Source: Wallemia ichthyophaga EXF-994
Lineage: Eukaryota; Fungi; Basidiomycota
Reading direction: 5' to 3'
Assembly (NCBI RefSeq): GCF_000400465.1
Contig: NW_008806287.1
Coordinates: 30,001-62,000 of the forward strand
Length of the DNA: 32,000 nt
Part shown: one piece after another, positions 1 to 9,943 of the stretch
How positions within the stretch are numbered: the stretch's first letter is position 1
How the letters are laid out: each line of letters begins with the position of its first letter
Notes under the pieces: model-generated
What the model was told of the DNA's origin: nothing
The model's input: only the letters and a program-made list of their open reading frames with translations
Databases searched by the model: none
Made by a program: the position numbers and the translations under genes

Positions 1-1105
1 CGCCGTCCATCATGGATACAACCTCTTTCGCTAGCACCAGCTCACCCCGAGCTAGCAGAAGCGGGATGGCGTCATGGATAGTCTCCAAGTAGACTTCGTC
101 GCCATCCAAATCCATCACCGTATCCTCGCTTATCGTCTCGTCGTTGTGCAGCGTACGCAGTTGGATATTGACTTTCTTCGCATCCGTCTGGCGACTCTTG
201 AGCGCGAGCTGGTGGTATATCTCGAAACTCCTCACGGCCAAGTCGGCAGTGATGGGTGTGTCTCTGTTGAGGTAGAAGAGGCAGCGGAAGTTAGACTGCG
301 AGAGGAAGCTGAAGGCCTGGGCGGAGATGAGGAGGTCGTTGATGACGGGTATTAGGCTGAGTGGCTTCTTGTAGTGCACCCACACGTCAAGCATAGCCTG
401 CTGGAATTGGAGAATGTGGGTATTGTAGTGGCCTGATTTGGGCGTTGTGAGGTGCTTGGATAGGAGAGAATAGGTCTTGTATAGGAATTCTGTTATAGGG
501 GTCGGTGGATGAGTGAGTAGAGTTTGTAAATGTCTCAGATGGATATCGACGTTGTTGGAGTGCTTGACAGCGTGTGAGGTTAGGGTGAACTTTGATTCAC
601 TGTCCAAACCCCCTTCTGATGCGTGCTTTAACGCGTTTAGAATAATGGTATCTGATAAGTGATTGTAGGTGTTGATATTGAGGATTCTCAGGGAATTATC
701 TGGTACTTGGATCAGTCCTCTCAACATCAAGACATCATTAAATACTTGAAAAAGCTCATTTGCCTCTTTATCGTTGAATTGATTGAGATTTGATGGTTTG
801 TAGGACATGAATTGGGTGCTAGGCGTATACAGGAGACAGGAATAGTTGTGAATAATGGCGTCATTTGATTGCAAGTGTGAGCCTTGCCTATCGCCGCCAA
901 TATCCGCCTTCAATAAAACCTCAAACGCCTTCAAATCGTCATCATTCTCTCTGCCGTGCTTCTTCAACTTCCTCAGAAGCTCATTCAAATTGGTAGTCTC
1001 ATCATTCGCCAGTTTAACCAGCAATTCTTTCAAATTCTTATTAAATTTTAGCTCGTTCATGGCACTGGTGGTGGTGGTGGTTTGAGCGTGAGGTGTGCTA
1101 AGCAT
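1..1105 (-). CDS. Partial gene running off the window start; probable YPP1/TTC7-like TPR scaffold (PI4K complex / cargo-transport protein)
   Basis: Uninterrupted minus-strand frame from ATG 1105 (alternative ATG 1060) to position 1, absent from the ORF track because no stop lies in the window. Translation includes NELLRKLKKH near the N-terminus and LAVRSFEIYHQL...LDGDEVYLETIHDAIPLLLARGE..LAKE, which resemble motifs I recall from fungal Ypp1. Coding status is strong; identity is moderate. Confidence 0.55.
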   Translation of the reverse strand, partial: MLSTPHAQTTTTTSAMNELKFNKNLKELLVKLANDETTNLNELLRKLKKHGRENDDDLKAFEVLLKADIGGDRQGSHLQSNDAIIHNYSCLLYTPSTQFMSYKPSNLNQFNDKEANELFQVFNDVLMLRGLIQVPDNSLRILNINTYNHLSDTIILNALKHASEGGLDSESKFTLTSHAVKHSNNVDIHLRHLQTLLTHPPTPITEFLYKTYSLLSKHLTTPKSGHYNTHILQFQQAMLDVWVHYKKPLSLIPVINDLLISAQAFSFLSQSNFRCLFYLNRDTPITADLAVRSFEIYHQLALKSRQTDAKKVNIQLRTLHNDETISEDTVMDLDGDEVYLETIHDAIPLLLARGELVLAKEVVSMMDG

Positions 1106-1585
1106 ATGGATAAATGCTGAACAACTCGCAGTAATCCACGCCTATGTGGCTTGTAGCCTTGTGCTCTTACTGGGCTGCGGATTTGAGCAGCGTACACGTC
1201 ACTCAGGAAAGGCTATCTGACGCGTTCGCAGTGGTGCGGGAGTATATAGAATATCCAGAGAATCTGGGAATATATGGGAATATCCGATTACAGCAACGGC
1301 TTTTGGATGTTTTGACACACTCACGCACGTACGCGTCTGGAACACAATACAAACAACTTGGCACTGAGATCAAAACCATTTGAAAAGACCAATACGCCTA
1401 TCAGGGAATTCCTACACCTGCTCTAATATACTGCCTTCTTTACTTGGCTCGTATCTGGCTTCTATCCGGCTTAAAGTCAAACTTGAAGCTCTACGGAACA
1501 TCAAGCAATATATAAAGCAATACAGTCCATTGCGTTTCATTAGAAATTAAGCTCCCGCTGCCTTCACGTCATAGCTTTTGTCCTA

Positions 1586-1595
1586 ATGACGTCAT
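1586..1595. promoter_or_regulatory. CRE-type bZIP site (ATGACGTCAT palindrome) in the divergent promoter region upstream of ADH copy 1
   Basis: Perfect 10-bp palindrome containing TGACGTCA, the established Atf1/Sko1-class site; a CACGTCA half-site lies about 20 nt upstream (1565-1571). Confidence 0.4.
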
Positions 1596-1906
1596 CAGAA
1601 TACGCAGGTAGCTGTCAGAAGGCTTATTTCTTCTTCGGATGGTTGAGTGGCCACGCTCTTATTGATAGCCCTCTATTGCTCTTAATATACCCCACAACGG
1701 TCCCCGAGACATCTGACTGCCCTACCAATACGGTACTCGCAGAAGAACCCAGGTAATCCTTTGTCTACGAAACGCAAAGACACCAAAGGATGTAAATTTC
1801 AAAAATTTTTCAATCAAAAATCATTTTTAATCCAATATACTCCGCCGTTTCATTTAAGTTATTACACCTTGGTTTATTTTTAATCAATCACCGAGAAACT
1901 TAAGCA

Positions 1907-2969
1907 ATGACAGAATTCACAGCATTTAGAGGACAGCACGACGGAACCGTTAAGCAGTCTGTCGGTCGCGTAGACAACCTCGGGAACAAGGATGTTCTCA
2001 TGAAGTTGACTCACGCTGGTCTCTGCTTCACAGACGTGCACTACATCGAAGCTGGCATTGCGCTTGGTCACGAGCCTGTTGCAAAGGTTGTACAGGTTGG
2101 CAGCGACGTTAGACATATTGCAGTCGGCGACACCGTTGGATATGGCTATAACCGTAAGTAGACTTGAGTGCGTAAAGTGTATAGCTAACACGTCTCAAGA
2201 CGGCGCCTGCGACGACTGCGACGAGTGCCGTCTCGGCAACGACACTCTCTGCAACGAGAGAAGAATGTATGGTGAAGTTGACACCGATTTCGGCGGTTTC
2301 GGCGAGTACGCCAAGCTTCATGAGAGATTCGTACACAAGATCCCAGAAGGAATGGCACCAGAACATGCAGCACCATTGCAATGTGCTGGTGCTACCGTCT
2401 TTGCGCCATTCTTAAAGCATGACATCAAGCCAATCCACCGCGTTGGTGTTATTGGTATTGGTGGTCTTGGTCACTTGGCCTTGCAGGTTGCAAACAAGTG
2501 GGGTTGTTCTGTTGGTGCTTTCACTACCTCCGAGAACAAAGTCGCGGAGGCAAAATCATTTGGTGCACACGACGTCATCGTTACGAAGCGCGCAGATGGA
2601 AAATCATTCGTCCCTGAAAACGACGCTGACAAATTCGACTTTATCATCTGCTCCGTCAGCTCTCAAGTCCCTTGGGACGACTACTTTGACTGCCTCAGAC
2701 CACGCGGTCAGATCATCCCACTTGGTGTCGACTTTGGCAAGTTCGAAACTAACAAATACATTTCGCTTCTCGCTAGAGAGAACAAGGTCGGCGGTAACAT
2801 TGTCTCTAACCGCTACCAACACCAAAAGATGCTTGAATTCTGCGCTAGACACGACATCAAGCCTGCTGTTGAGGTTCTTGATCTTAATGAGAAGAACCTT
2901 AACACTGCGTTTGACAGGCTGAAGAAGAACGACGTTCGTTACAGATTCGTCCTCAAGCATCAAGAATAA
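1907..2969 (+). CDS. Zinc-dependent medium-chain alcohol dehydrogenase, cinnamyl-ADH/ADH6-7 type (probably NADP-dependent), copy 1
   Basis: Exon 1 1907-2153, intron 2154-2199 (GTAAGT...GCTAAC...AAG), exon 2 2200-2969. Catalytic Zn ligands GLCFTD, GHE and PLQCAG; structural Zn CDDCDEC...C; Rossmann GIGGLG; C-terminal VRYRFVL. Confidence 0.93.
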
Positions 2970-3773
2970 ACGTTGTGAACGTACTGAAAGAAGTGTATTT
3001 ATGATATTATAATTTTATTGATATGTTTTATGCTAAAGTGCAAGTATTCAGGTGTGGTGCAGTCATCTCCCTCTTTTTCGGGTTTTCGGAATCTTGACAT
3101 CCCTTATCGTGCGTCTGGATTCCTCGGAAGTAAGATAATGTTCATGCATTCCTTTTAAAGCAAGAGACCGTCTCAAGGTAATTTCTTATTCTCTTCTCTT
3201 TCCGGAATTAGTTTTCATCCTTCGTACGAGTCGATTTGAGATGGAGCAATGACAAATGATTGTTTTACAAGTGCATTTGAAATTCACTAGCCTATTCCAG
3301 CTCTCTATGTTGGCGAAAAGACTATGCTAATTCGCTAGCATGTCATGGCGTACGATAACCACCGCTTACAATTGCCACCGATTATCCAATCTTCACTGAA
3401 TATCAAGGATAATTCCAATATATTCTTTCAATATGCTCATCGAATCGCCTCGCTCATCAAATCATCTCCTCGGCTCAATCTTTTAGCCATTTATTGCGCT
3501 GCACAAATTTGCACGTCTTCTCTCTTCGCACCTTACCCGGGTACTTCGCTAAACTACAGGAAAGATTCTGGAACACCTTTATAAGCTTTCAAGTATTGTA
3601 ACCAGGCTATGGAAAAAGCTTGTATGCCCATTGAATGCATTTGGAATGCTCCAAAGAAATAGCGCAACACGATATGTCATACAAGTCGATTACGCAACAT
3701 GAGCAAATTTATAAAGGCTTCTCCCTGTTTCGGTCGCTGATAAATCCAAACCAAACCTCCACACAGGGCTTAG

Positions 3774-3779
3774 TATAAA
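3774..3779 (+). promoter_or_regulatory. Candidate TATA box of ADH copy 2
   Basis: TATAAA about 50 nt upstream of ATG 3830; motif match only. Confidence 0.35.
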
Positions 3780-3829
3780 TTTGTTCCCGTTTACCACTCA
3801 GCCTTGAACATAGCATAACACACTGGAAA

Positions 3830-5071
3830 ATGGTTATGGAATTCAAAGCATTCAGAGGACAACACGATGGTAGTGTTAAGGAGTCTGTCGGACGCGTAGA
3901 TGACATCGGAGACAACGATGTTCTTATCAAATTGACCCACGCAGGTCTTTGCTTCACGGACGTACACCATATTGAATTAGGCAACGCATTGGGACATGAG
4001 CCAACTGGTAACATTGTTGAAACAGGCAAAGATGTTCGCCACTTGAAGGTCGGCGACATGGTCGGATATGGGTACAACCGTGAGTGGAAGTAAACATAAA
4101 GTTATACATTTACTTACCTTCTCAAAAGACGGCTCTTGCGATGACTGCGATGAATGTCGCCTTGGTAATGATACCCTCTGCAATGACAGAAAACTTTACG
4201 GTCAAGTAGACCTCGATTTCGGCGGTTTTGGGGAATACGCCAAGCTTAACGAGAGATTCGTACACAAGATCCCAGAAGGAATGGCACCAGAACATGCAGC
4301 ACCATTGCAATGTGCTGGTGCTACCGTCTTTGCGCCATTCTTAAAGCATGACATCAAGCCAATCCACCGCGTTGGTGTTATTGGTATTGGTGGTCTTGGT
4401 CACTTGGCCTTGCAGGTTGCAAACAAGTGGGGTTGTTCTGTTGGTGCTTTCACTACCTCCGAGAACAAAGTCGCGGAGGCAAAATCATTTGGTGCACACG
4501 ACGTCATCGTTACGAAGCGCGCAGATGGAAAATCATTCGTCCCAGAGAAAGAGGAGGAGAAGTTCGACTTTATCTTCTGCTCCGTCAGCTCACAAGTCCC
4601 TTGGGACGACTACTTGAAAACGACGCTGACAAATTCGACTTTATCATCTGCTCCGTCAGCTCTCAAGTCCCTTGGGACGACTACTCGACTGTCTCAAGGC
4701 TAGAGGTACGATCATCCCACTTGGTGTAGATTTTGGCAAGTTTGAGACCAACAGATATTTCTCTCTCCTCGCTAGAGAGAACAAGGTCGTGACTGCCTCA
4801 GACCACGCGGTCAGATCATCCCACTTGGTGTCGACTTTGGCAAGTTCGAAACTAACAAATACATTTCGCTTCTCGCTAGAGAGAACAAGGTCGTGGAAGT
4901 TTAGTGGCCACCAGATATGAGCACCAGAAGATGCTTGAATTCTGCGCTAGACACGACATCAAGCCTGCTGTCGAGGTTCTTGATCTTAATGAGAAAAACC
5001 TCAACATTGCCTTTGAAAGGCTGCAAAAGAACGATGTTCGTTACAGATTCGTGCTCAAGCACCAGGAGTAG
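3830..5071 (+). CDS. Zinc-dependent alcohol dehydrogenase, copy 2 (tandem paralog); frame broken in this assembly at 4615-4893
   Basis: ATG 3830, intron 4080-4128 at the same position as in copy 1, same Zn motifs, ends ...FVLKHQE-TAG at 5071. Two inserted segments identical to copy 1 (4615-4685 and 4790-4893) plus single-base losses break the frame. Removing them and restoring one base at each junction gives a complete paralog. Confidence 0.85.
4544..4893 (+). repeat. Two consecutive tandem pairs of diverged units (71+71 nt and 104+104 nt); each pair is a copy-2 version followed by the copy-1 version
   Basis: 4615-4685 is identical to 2615-2685, and 4790-4893 is identical to 2687-2790; each follows its copy-2 counterpart (4544-4614, 4686-4789). 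Confidence 0.92.
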
Positions 5072-5259
5072 GTGACTGAGAATAGAGCGAGTCCCTTGTA
5101 CGAGTATGTAAATTAATTAATTTATATTCAAATATCGTGAGGTGTGCTTTGGGTGTCTTTAGTGTTTATGTGAGCTAGTGCTCTGCATCACTTGTCAAAT
5201 AATCTGTCATTCCTGCTCGGATAAGGCTAAGCTGAAAACAGCACTTTTTGTCATAATAA

Positions 5260-5562
5260 TCATGAATTTGCAGCTGCTAAGTTCACTTTGACCCGTCTAG
5301 ACTTGATGCATTGAATTGACACACTGGATAAATTTTTATTGTTTGGTAGAAATTTACCTAAATTTGGAGAAGTAGCGTCGTAAAATCCCTCATTGAACAT
5401 TTGAATGAATGATTCCGAGCCATACTATTGAATATCGAGGTATTTCAAATTATTCAACCTTGAAAGCTTTTGAGGACTCAGGCAAAAAATTTTTGAGTTA
5501 CACAACGAATCTGGAGAAGCTAGACGTTTTCTTGCTCTAAACATTACAATGCATGCATAACA
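5260..5562 (-). pseudogene. Possible decayed leucine-rich-repeat-like gene fragment
   Basis: About 100 codons with a single internal TAG (5425-5427); contains LSRLNNLKYLDIQ and FLPNNKNLSSVSI, which resemble LRR motifs. No homology search was possible. Confidence 0.25.
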
Positions 5563-5710
5563 CTATCTGATTGATCTGGGTTTAAAGATATTCTCCCCAC
5601 TTTTCGCGATCAATATACGCGTCTAGACGGGTGCATGTGTGAGATGTACTGTATATTACCGATATGTATTGTACGTGCGAGATTGTTTGTGGTGTGTGGT
5701 TTACTATATG

Positions 5711-6727
5711 CTATGTGTGGTGGTTTTGTTGCGTGTTTGGATTATCTGACTGACATTTGACACACTCACTCACAAACGCGGTGACTATACGCGGCCACGA
5801 AGGCTTAGAGTAAGCGTTCTCGTGCAGAGCGCCGGGAATGACGTGCATGCGAGATCTAGGGAGGGCGTTATGAAGCGCCAGGCCATGCTCGCGGGGCACG
5901 AGCTCGTCGTCTCCGCTAACAAGGACCATCGTCGGTACTTGTACGTCTTTCGCGGCGCCCAGCGCGTCCCACTTGTCAAACACAAGCGGGTGCAGATGGT
6001 AATAAGGCACCTTGGGCGAGACGAAATAAGCCTTTACCATGGCAGGGATGCTTTCAAAGGCGTTTTCGAGAATAAGGGCGTGTACACCGCTACATAAATC
6101 CCCGCTGCCGCTCCGGCCCGCACACAACAGCGTCGCTATCGACCCACCCAGACTGTGGCCGTAGAGGATGATTGGCGCGTGCGGGTAAAGCTGGTGCGTG
6201 CGACGCAGTGCCGCGGCGTAGTCCTCCAGCAGTCTCGGCTGGGTGGGTGCGCGCCGAGTGCTGGTCCAGTAGGAAGAAGGAGCGAACGCAATGATGCGCA
6301 TGCTGCTGCTACTGGACTTGCTTATCTGGCTGCCCTTGCTGCTCACGCCTAGAATTCTCGCGAACAGCGGCAGCCGCGAGAGGGGATTGCCGGCGTTGCC
6401 CTGCAAGTAGAATAGAATGGGCGTTTGCGGGCTGTGTGCACCGCTTGCCGCCTCCAGCCCATCGACTCTCACACCACGCGCCACCTCTGCGCTGATCTTG
6501 GTGATACGCATCCCACTCTTGAGCTCATCAGCGCGAGCAAGTTCCTCCGTACGCGCACCGACAGGGGAATAGCCCATGTAGATTATTCTGCGCTGGAAGG
6601 CTACGAGCATGGCGGACTGGGTTGTTAGACTGCTAGGCGGCGCACTTGACTCCAAACACACCTTGAACGTCCACAGCGCGGCTGGGAGGCCTATGGCCGT
6701 GGTGAATAGTGTTGTCAGCGAAGGCAT
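5711..6727 (-). CDS. Alpha/beta hydrolase, ABHD13/Bem46-like
   Basis: Likely start MPSLTTLF at 6727 (alternative ATG 6790); in-frame 45-nt intron 6617-6661 (GTGTGT...CTAAC...CAG). Motifs LYLQGNAGN, YGHSLGG nucleophile elbow, LENAF, SGDDELVP and LHENA. Confidence 0.85.
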   Translation of the reverse strand: MPSLTTLFTTAIGLPAALWTFKVCLESSAPPSSLTTQSAMLVAFQRRIIYMGYSPVGARTEELARADELKSGMRITKISAEVARGVRVDGLEAASGAHSPQTPILFYLQGNAGNPLSRLPLFARILGVSSKGSQISKSSSSSMRIIAFAPSSYWTSTRRAPTQPRLLEDYAAALRRTHQLYPHAPIILYGHSLGGSIATLLCAGRSGSGDLCSGVHALILENAFESIPAMVKAYFVSPKVPYYHLHPLVFDKWDALGAAKDVQVPTMVLVSGDDELVPREHGLALHNALPRSRMHVIPGALHENAYSKPSWPRIVTAFVSECVKCQSDNPNTQQNHHT

Positions 6728-6864
6728 TCGTAGACACTCGCTAGTCAAGGCAACACCTATGAATCCACTAGCAACGCGACTCAAAAACATTTTCAAGAGC
6801 ACGCACGGCGACTTGTATAAAGGCGGAGCTGTTTGCATTGAATAACTCTTACACACACACACCC

Positions 6865-7524
6865 ATGTCTTCCTTAGAAGCCTACCAAAGCGATTTCATA
6901 ACAACGTGCCTCTCAAATGGAATACTTAAATTTGGCTCATTCACTCTCAAGAGCGGCAGGACATCGCCATATTTCTTCAACGCAGGTGATTTGTCGACGG
7001 GCGAATTGGTGCTGATGACTGCGCGAGCATATGCATCGGCGATTATCGCGAGCGGCGTGCAGTTCGATATGTTGTTCGGACCGGCGTATAAGGGAATTCC
7101 GTTGGTGGCTGCTACAGCACTCATCCTCCAGTCAGAACACAGCATCAACGTACCTTTCGCATTCGACAGGAAGGAGGCAAAAACACACGGCGAAGGCGGC
7201 AATATCATCGGCGCTCCCTTCAGAGGCAGAGTGTTAGTGCTTGACGATGTCATCACTGGTGGGACCTCCATCAGACACTCAATCGAGCTTATTAGGAAGG
7301 CGGGTGATTGTGCTCAATTTGCAGGCGTAGTCGTCAGCCTTGATCGCCAGGAGAAAGGCAAAGGGGAAAAGTCAGCAATCCAGGAAGTTGAAAGTGAGGA
7401 AGGTGTCAAGGTTTTTAGCGTGATTGGTATGAATGATATCATCAAGTACCTCGAGGAGACCAGAAATGGCCAAGAAAACATCATCAAGCAGATGATGGAG
7501 TATAGGAATGTCTATGGATGTTGA
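6865..7524 (+). CDS. URA5: Orotate phosphoribosyltransferase
   Basis: Intronless; motifs FGSFTLKSGRTSPYFFNAG, FGPAYKGIP, RKEAKTHGEGG and the PRPP-binding VLDDVITGGT. ATG 6865 is more plausible than 6838. Confidence 0.97.
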   Translation: MSSLEAYQSDFITTCLSNGILKFGSFTLKSGRTSPYFFNAGDLSTGELVLMTARAYASAIIASGVQFDMLFGPAYKGIPLVAATALILQSEHSINVPFAFDRKEAKTHGEGGNIIGAPFRGRVLVLDDVITGGTSIRHSIELIRKAGDCAQFAGVVVSLDRQEKGKGEKSAIQEVESEEGVKVFSVIGMNDIIKYLEETRNGQENIIKQMMEYRNVYGC

Positions 7525-7619
7525 TATTTAGTACTAAGAATGGATACATACCGAATTTCTCATTTCTCATAGAATATAGCCATTTTTGGAAGGTTTGGCA
7601 TTCTTGATTAGAACTTGCC

Positions 7620-8255
7620 ATGATGAGAGAGCTGTTAGGCTTACTGGGAGTACTTACATTACTAGGAATACTTACATCTCCAGTCGCGTCCCTCACTGCG
7701 AAACAACTCGAGCAGGTTGCGCCAAAAACATCAAGTTGCAGTGAAGCGAGCTATATGGAGGAATGCGCGACAAGCGATGTGGCTTCGGAGAGGCTGACTG
7801 AGGCCATCGAACAGCACAATACCATCGCGAATGAGAGTGCAGCCATCATCGCTTGGCAATTGAATGAGTCTTTGGAATATCGTTACAACATTAATCACTT
7901 CAGCAATGACCAAAAGAAGCACAACCCAGGCCAAGGCACGCGTTGCATGGCCAACTCAGAGTTCATTGTGGGGTATGTTTCAGCACATGAAGATTTGCGC
8001 GGAGAGGCGACAGTTGATTTGGGGGGAAATTTGAGCGATGAGGAGAAGGATAGCGTGTTAGATTTAGTACTAGATGACTCACACACCTACGACGTTGCAT
8101 TTTGGTTCTACGACACACAATGTACAGACAGCGTGAAAAATCAAGTTAGAAAGGGAGGAATGGGCGGATTAGATGCATTCATGCAGCAATGCGTAGGTGG
8201 ACCCACACCTCAGAAGATATACGAATACTTTGATTTGCTTGTTGATGTACTTTGA
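7620..8255 (+). CDS. Secreted 211-aa protein of a fungal hypothetical family; lysozyme-like/GH19-like motifs
   Basis: Hydrophobic signal peptide (LLGLLGVLTLLGILTSPVAS), several Cys, motifs AAIIAWQLNES..YRYN.NH, PGQGTR.M, AFWFY..QC and CVG. Intronless. Confidence 0.75.
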   Translation: MMRELLGLLGVLTLLGILTSPVASLTAKQLEQVAPKTSSCSEASYMEECATSDVASERLTEAIEQHNTIANESAAIIAWQLNESLEYRYNINHFSNDQKKHNPGQGTRCMANSEFIVGYVSAHEDLRGEATVDLGGNLSDEEKDSVLDLVLDDSHTYDVAFWFYDTQCTDSVKNQVRKGGMGGLDAFMQQCVGGPTPQKIYEYFDLLVDVL

Positions 8256-8285
8256 TGTTTACCACCTTGATCCCATACCATCATC

Positions 8286-9943
8286 ATGCACTATCTTTCT
8301 ACGCGCGGCGGCGATGAGAAATTAAGCTTTGAGGAGGTGCGTATGGGGGATTATCGTCCAGCAACTCCAACTCTAATAGACCCCAGGCAATCCTTCAAGG
8401 CTTAGCACCAAATGGTGGTTTGTACATTCCAGCCCAAGTGCCCGAGCTGCCTGAGAATTGGGAAAACGACTGGGCCAACCTCCCATTCGACCAACTCAGC
8501 TATGAAATTACAAAATTATTCGTCCCCGCCTCTGAAATACCGCCAAATGACCTGAAATTGTTGATAAATAGATCATATTCCACCTTCAGACACAGCTCAC
8601 GCACGCCAATCACCCAAGTTGATTCACACAGGTTCATATTAGAGCTCTTTCACGGCCCCACCTTCGCTTTCAAAGACGTAGCTCTCCAATTCCTCGGAAA
8701 CCTCTTTGAATACTTCCTCAACCGCCGTAACGCACGTAAGAGCGCAAACGACGCCAGAGACAAGCTTACTATAGTTGGTGCAACCTCGGGTGATACGGGT
8801 AGTGCGGCTATATATGGTGTCAGGGGCAAGCAAGACATCAGCATCTTCATTCTCCACCCTAAGAACAGAGTATCACCCATTCAAGAAGCTCAAATGACCA
8901 CTGTTCTCGACAGCAACGTTCATAATTGCGCTGTTAAGGGCACTTTCGACGACTGCCAGGATATCGTCAAGTCACTCTTCTCCGACAAGCCCTTCAACGA
9001 CAAGCACAAGCTGGGTGCTGTGAACTCTATCAACTGGGCGAGAATTCTCTCACAGATCACCTACTACTTCTACTCATACCTCCAGGCTAAGAAGCAGACT
9101 CCAGCTCACTCTCACATCCAGTTCGTTGTACCTACAGGTAACTTTGGCGATATCTTGGCCGGGTTCTACGCTAAGAAACTTGGTCTCCCTTCTCAACCCA
9201 TGGTCATTGCAACAAACGCAAATGATATCCTCACTCGCTTCTGGAGAACGGGTGTGTATGAGAAGCACGACTCAAGCCAGCACGTCCAGGCGCAAGACAG
9301 TGCCGTCGAAGCAGCTCAAGGATCGAGCGACGGTAAGCAGGCAGTTGGTGGAGTGAAAGCGACGCTCTCACCCGCCATGGATATACTCGTTTCATCCAAT
9401 TTCGAGAGATTGCTTTGGTACATTGTCCTCGAATCGATGGTCGATGGAGATCAATTGGCCGCATCTAGACAAGTGAATGAGTGGATGAATGAGCTTAAAC
9501 TTCACGGCAGATTCCAAGTCCCACAGGCGGCACTCAACGTAGCTAGACGTGATTTCACTGCTACATCGGTCAGCGATGAGGAGACTACACAGACTATTAA
9601 ACAGTACTTTTCTCATCCTCGCCCTGGTTACTCAAGCTACACAGTCGATCCACATACTGCTGTCGGTTTAAAGGCGGCGGCTGATGTCGGTTGCAATAAT
9701 AACACTTATCAAATCTGCTTAGCTACTGCGCACGCTGCCAAGTTCTCAGAAGCTGTCGAGAACGCTCTCAATGATGAAGCATCTTTCAACTTCCAAAGAG
9801 ATGTCCTTCCAACGGAATTCCACGGGTTAATGGATAAACCAAGAAGAGTTATAGATGTTAACGGTATTGCTCCAGAGCTTACCAAGGAAGTCATTGAATC
9901 AAAAGCAACTGAGGAAGTTTCCCAACAAAATGTTGGCATCTGA
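8286..9943 (+). CDS. THR4: Threonine synthase (PLP-dependent)
   Basis: Exon 1 MHYLSTRGG...SFEE (8286-8336), intron 8337-8386, then AILQGLAPNGGLY; PLP lysine motif FHGPTFAFKD; ATSGDTG, NSINWARI and PTGNFGD. Confidence 0.97.

Noticed and set aside
1110-1540. Possible small gene upstream of the YPP1-like CDS (track ORF 1144-1383 on +; intron-like GTACGT...CAG on -)
   Set aside because: I could not build a spliced model giving a recognisable or convincingly coding product on either strand; left unresolved.
3050-3250. Cluster of CGG/CCG triplets and GATA-like motifs between the ADH copies
   Set aside because: Could be Zn2Cys6 or GATA factor sites, but motifs this short are expected by chance and show no fixed spacing.
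4600-4920. Programmed frameshifting, a CRISPR-like array or a diversity-generating cassette in ADH copy 2
   Set aside because: The units are exact copies of the neighbouring paralog with a constant one-base loss at the junctions; there are no spacers, slippery sites or associated enzymes. An assembly artefact explains everything.
6851-6862. (AC)6 microsatellite just before the URA5 ATG
   Set aside because: Short; CA-rich 5' leaders are common in this window, so it is not distinctive.
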